25,643 nucleotides of DNA from IMG/VR virus record IMGVR_UViG_3300045988_021320; one strand, given 5' to 3'. The position numbers and the translations under genes were made by a program. Under the pieces are notes generated by a model. It was given only the letters and a program-made list of their open reading frames with translations. It was not told the DNA's origin and ran no database searches. This document shows, in pieces, positions 24,157 to 25,643 of the stretch (position 1 is its first letter; each line of letters opens with the position of its first letter). Source of the DNA: a virus.

Positions 24157-24843
24157 ATGGTAGCTGGCTTTAAATACTTATGGTGTATGATAGTAGATAG
24201 TATGACTTATGAAGAAATAATATCTGAGTTTAAGAAGGACTGGGAGAATTATTTTCCAAATGTTCTGCCTAGATTTATGAATGATAGCAAGTATCGGAGA
24301 TATATGCTTAAAGAAGCCAAGGATAATGTTCCTGTATTCTTTAAACCAATAGAACTAACTAGTAATAGAGGAAATAAATATATTTTACAGATAAACAGTA
24401 AAGGTAGGTCTGATTACAAAAGAGGTGGGCTAATGTTTTTATTGTTTATGTACTATCATAGACCAGAAGGTATATATGCAGTAATGAGATGTCCGCAATC
24501 TAGCTGGGATTTGAAGGAAGCATCTTATAATATCTATATTCCGCATCTGTTTGATAGGTACAGAGAACGAGAACTACAGGACATTCATAAACCAAAGATG
24601 CAGACTATTATAGAGTTCTTTAAGAATAACGGGGTAGGTAGATATATAGATGTGACTAATGATAAGTATGATGATAATATATTCTTCACTACTACTAATG
24701 GCGTATTACTAGGAGGTAAGTTAGATGATGGGAATACTTTATTAAGGACTTATATAACCTTTGATATGCTTAGAGGTGAGCAGATTGATGATAAGGAAAG
24801 ATTAATAGCTAGAGTAAAAGAGTATATAGAGAATGAACAGTAA
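24157..24843 (+). CDS. Hypothetical protein; C-terminal half vaguely resembles a DUF4258/RelE-like small nuclease fold
   Basis: 228 aa. The motif IPH130LFDR134YR136ER138 is followed by ...NIFFTTTNGVLLGG...NTLLRTYITF. Start is uncertain (24157, 24187 or 24202). Confidence 0.5.
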   Translation: MVAGFKYLWCMIVDSMTYEEIISEFKKDWENYFPNVLPRFMNDSKYRRYMLKEAKDNVPVFFKPIELTSNRGNKYILQINSKGRSDYKRGGLMFLLFMYYHRPEGIYAVMRCPQSSWDLKEASYNIYIPHLFDRYRERELQDIHKPKMQTIIEFFKNNGVGRYIDVTNDKYDDNIFFTTTNGVLLGGKLDDGNTLLRTYITFDMLRGEQIDDKERLIARVKEYIENEQ

Positions 24844-24865
24844 ACAACATTAAATACTAATAAGT

Positions 24866-25528
24866 ATGAGAATATTAGAAGGAAAAGAATTAGATGATGC
24901 TTTAAAGCAGATGCAAGAATGGGAAGCTAAGAAAGCTAAAGCTATTGAAGATGCTTTCCAAAGAGGGATAGCAACAGGTGAAGATATTACTACTTTATTA
25001 TGGACTTATACAGATAGTAATTTCAGATGGGAACTATTTGCAGACCTTGCTGAGAAGGGCAAACTATCTGATGAAGCCTTTAATAAAGGACTGGCTATAG
25101 CTTGGACTGAGGGCAGAGGTACAGGGGATTTTAGGGCTATACAATACTTTATGAGGTGTAAGAAGGAATTAGTGATGAATGAAGAAGAACTAGCCTATTA
25201 TAATAGTTTGCCCGATAAGGTTACTTTGTATAGAGGTTGCAGTATAGAAGAGTATGAAGATGAAGATAGCTGTTTCGGTATTTCTTGGACTACCAGTAGA
25301 GATGTAGCAGAGTTCTTTGCATTTAGAAATGAGCAGGAAGATACTGCTGTATATTCTATAGAGGTTGATAAGGAAGATATAAAGGCTGTATTCTTATCTA
25401 GGAATGAATTTGAAGCTATATGTTTTGGCGGTGATGAAGCCACTTTGGTTACAGATGAACCAACAGAACTATATACTAATTATATGGAACGAAAGAAGCA
25501 GGAACTAGATGAATTTATGAATAAGTAA
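24866..25528 (+). CDS. Candidate ADP-ribosyltransferase (R-S-E class) with a helical N-terminal domain
   Basis: VTLYR123G, then CFGIS140WTTS144RDVAEFFAF, then SRNE181FE183AICFG. The order, local context and STS-to-ExE spacing fit the Y-R-G / G-x-S-T-S...A..F / E-x-E-hydrophobic signature of C3, VIP2/iota and T4 Alt/Mod-type ARTs. Confidence 0.5.
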   Translation: MRILEGKELDDALKQMQEWEAKKAKAIEDAFQRGIATGEDITTLLWTYTDSNFRWELFADLAEKGKLSDEAFNKGLAIAWTEGRGTGDFRAIQYFMRCKKELVMNEEELAYYNSLPDKVTLYRGCSIEEYEDEDSCFGISWTTSRDVAEFFAFRNEQEDTAVYSIEVDKEDIKAVFLSRNEFEAICFGGDEATLVTDEPTELYTNYMERKKQELDEFMNK

Positions 25529-25588
25529 TGAATGAAGGGGAATGGGGTAATATTTTAAGCTGATAGTGCTTTAAACCCCAGCCTACCC

Positions 25589-25643
25589 GGTAGTGTAAAA
25601 TAAACTGTGTCACGCATTATTTATCTCTAGAAAACTCATCGGT
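25589..25643. repeat. Right inverted terminal repeat (55 bp)
   Basis: Reverse complement of 1-55, with 55/55 identity. Confidence 0.95.

Larger units (their letters stand above)
1..25643. mobile_element. Tailed bacteriophage genome/contig (HK97-type head module, siphovirus-like tail module)
   Basis: Colinear terS-terL-portal-protease-capsid-connector-tail tube-G/GT-tape measure-fibre order. Genes are tightly packed and overlapping. The window starts and ends exactly at an inverted repeat. Confidence 0.9.

Noticed and set aside
25587-25590. Near-absence of CCGG (single copy) as a fifth avoided restriction site
   Set aside because: CpG-containing words are generally scarce here (GCGC and CGCG are also rare), so the low CCGG count is confounded by CpG depletion. 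It is mentioned but not counted as independent evidence.
1-25643. CRISPR arrays, tRNA/tmRNA genes, integrase/attP, transposase
   Set aside because: No regularly spaced direct repeats, no cloverleaf-like sequences with a GTTCGAATC-type T-arm, and no recombinase-like ORFs were seen on either strand. The only notable repeats are the ITRs, the 15-mer and the short dyads reported above.

Overview
AT-rich 25.6 kb tailed-phage genome, or genome-sized contig (HK97-fold, siphovirus-like), bounded by perfect 55 bp inverted terminal repeats. Layout, left to right: (i) convergent accessory genes at 74-1671, including two proteins with PD-(D/E)XK nuclease motifs. (ii) A leftward early/replication arm at 1761-6253: two tiny ORFs, an SF2 helicase, a 525 bp ORF-free structured region, a wHTH protein, an HNH endonuclease and an RHH-like regulator. 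(iii) A divergent control region at 6254-6407. (iv) A rightward packaging/head/tail operon at 6408-22377: terS, terL, portal, two inserted fibre-like genes, prohead protease, major capsid, connectors, tail tube, a G/GT chaperone with a -1 frameshift, tape measure, distal tail protein and a tail fibre with an S74-type C-terminal chaperone. (v) A holin-like gene followed by a terminator. (vi) Two promoter-equipped accessory units at the right end (22658-25528), whose last gene has an R / S-x-T-T-S / E-x-E pattern typical of ADP-ribosyltransferases. Several intergenic TAnnTTTG boxes suggest a Bacteroidota host (inference). I found no integrase, repressor, DNA polymerase/primase, recognisable endolysin, methyltransferase, tRNA or CRISPR array. 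Observations most worth a second look: total absence of GATC, CATG, GGCC and GG(A/T)CC with visible codon-level compensation; restriction-endonuclease-like genes with no methyltransferase; the ITRs; the ART-like right-end operon; and the structured non-coding region beside the helicase. All family assignments come from motif reading and memory. No searches were run.
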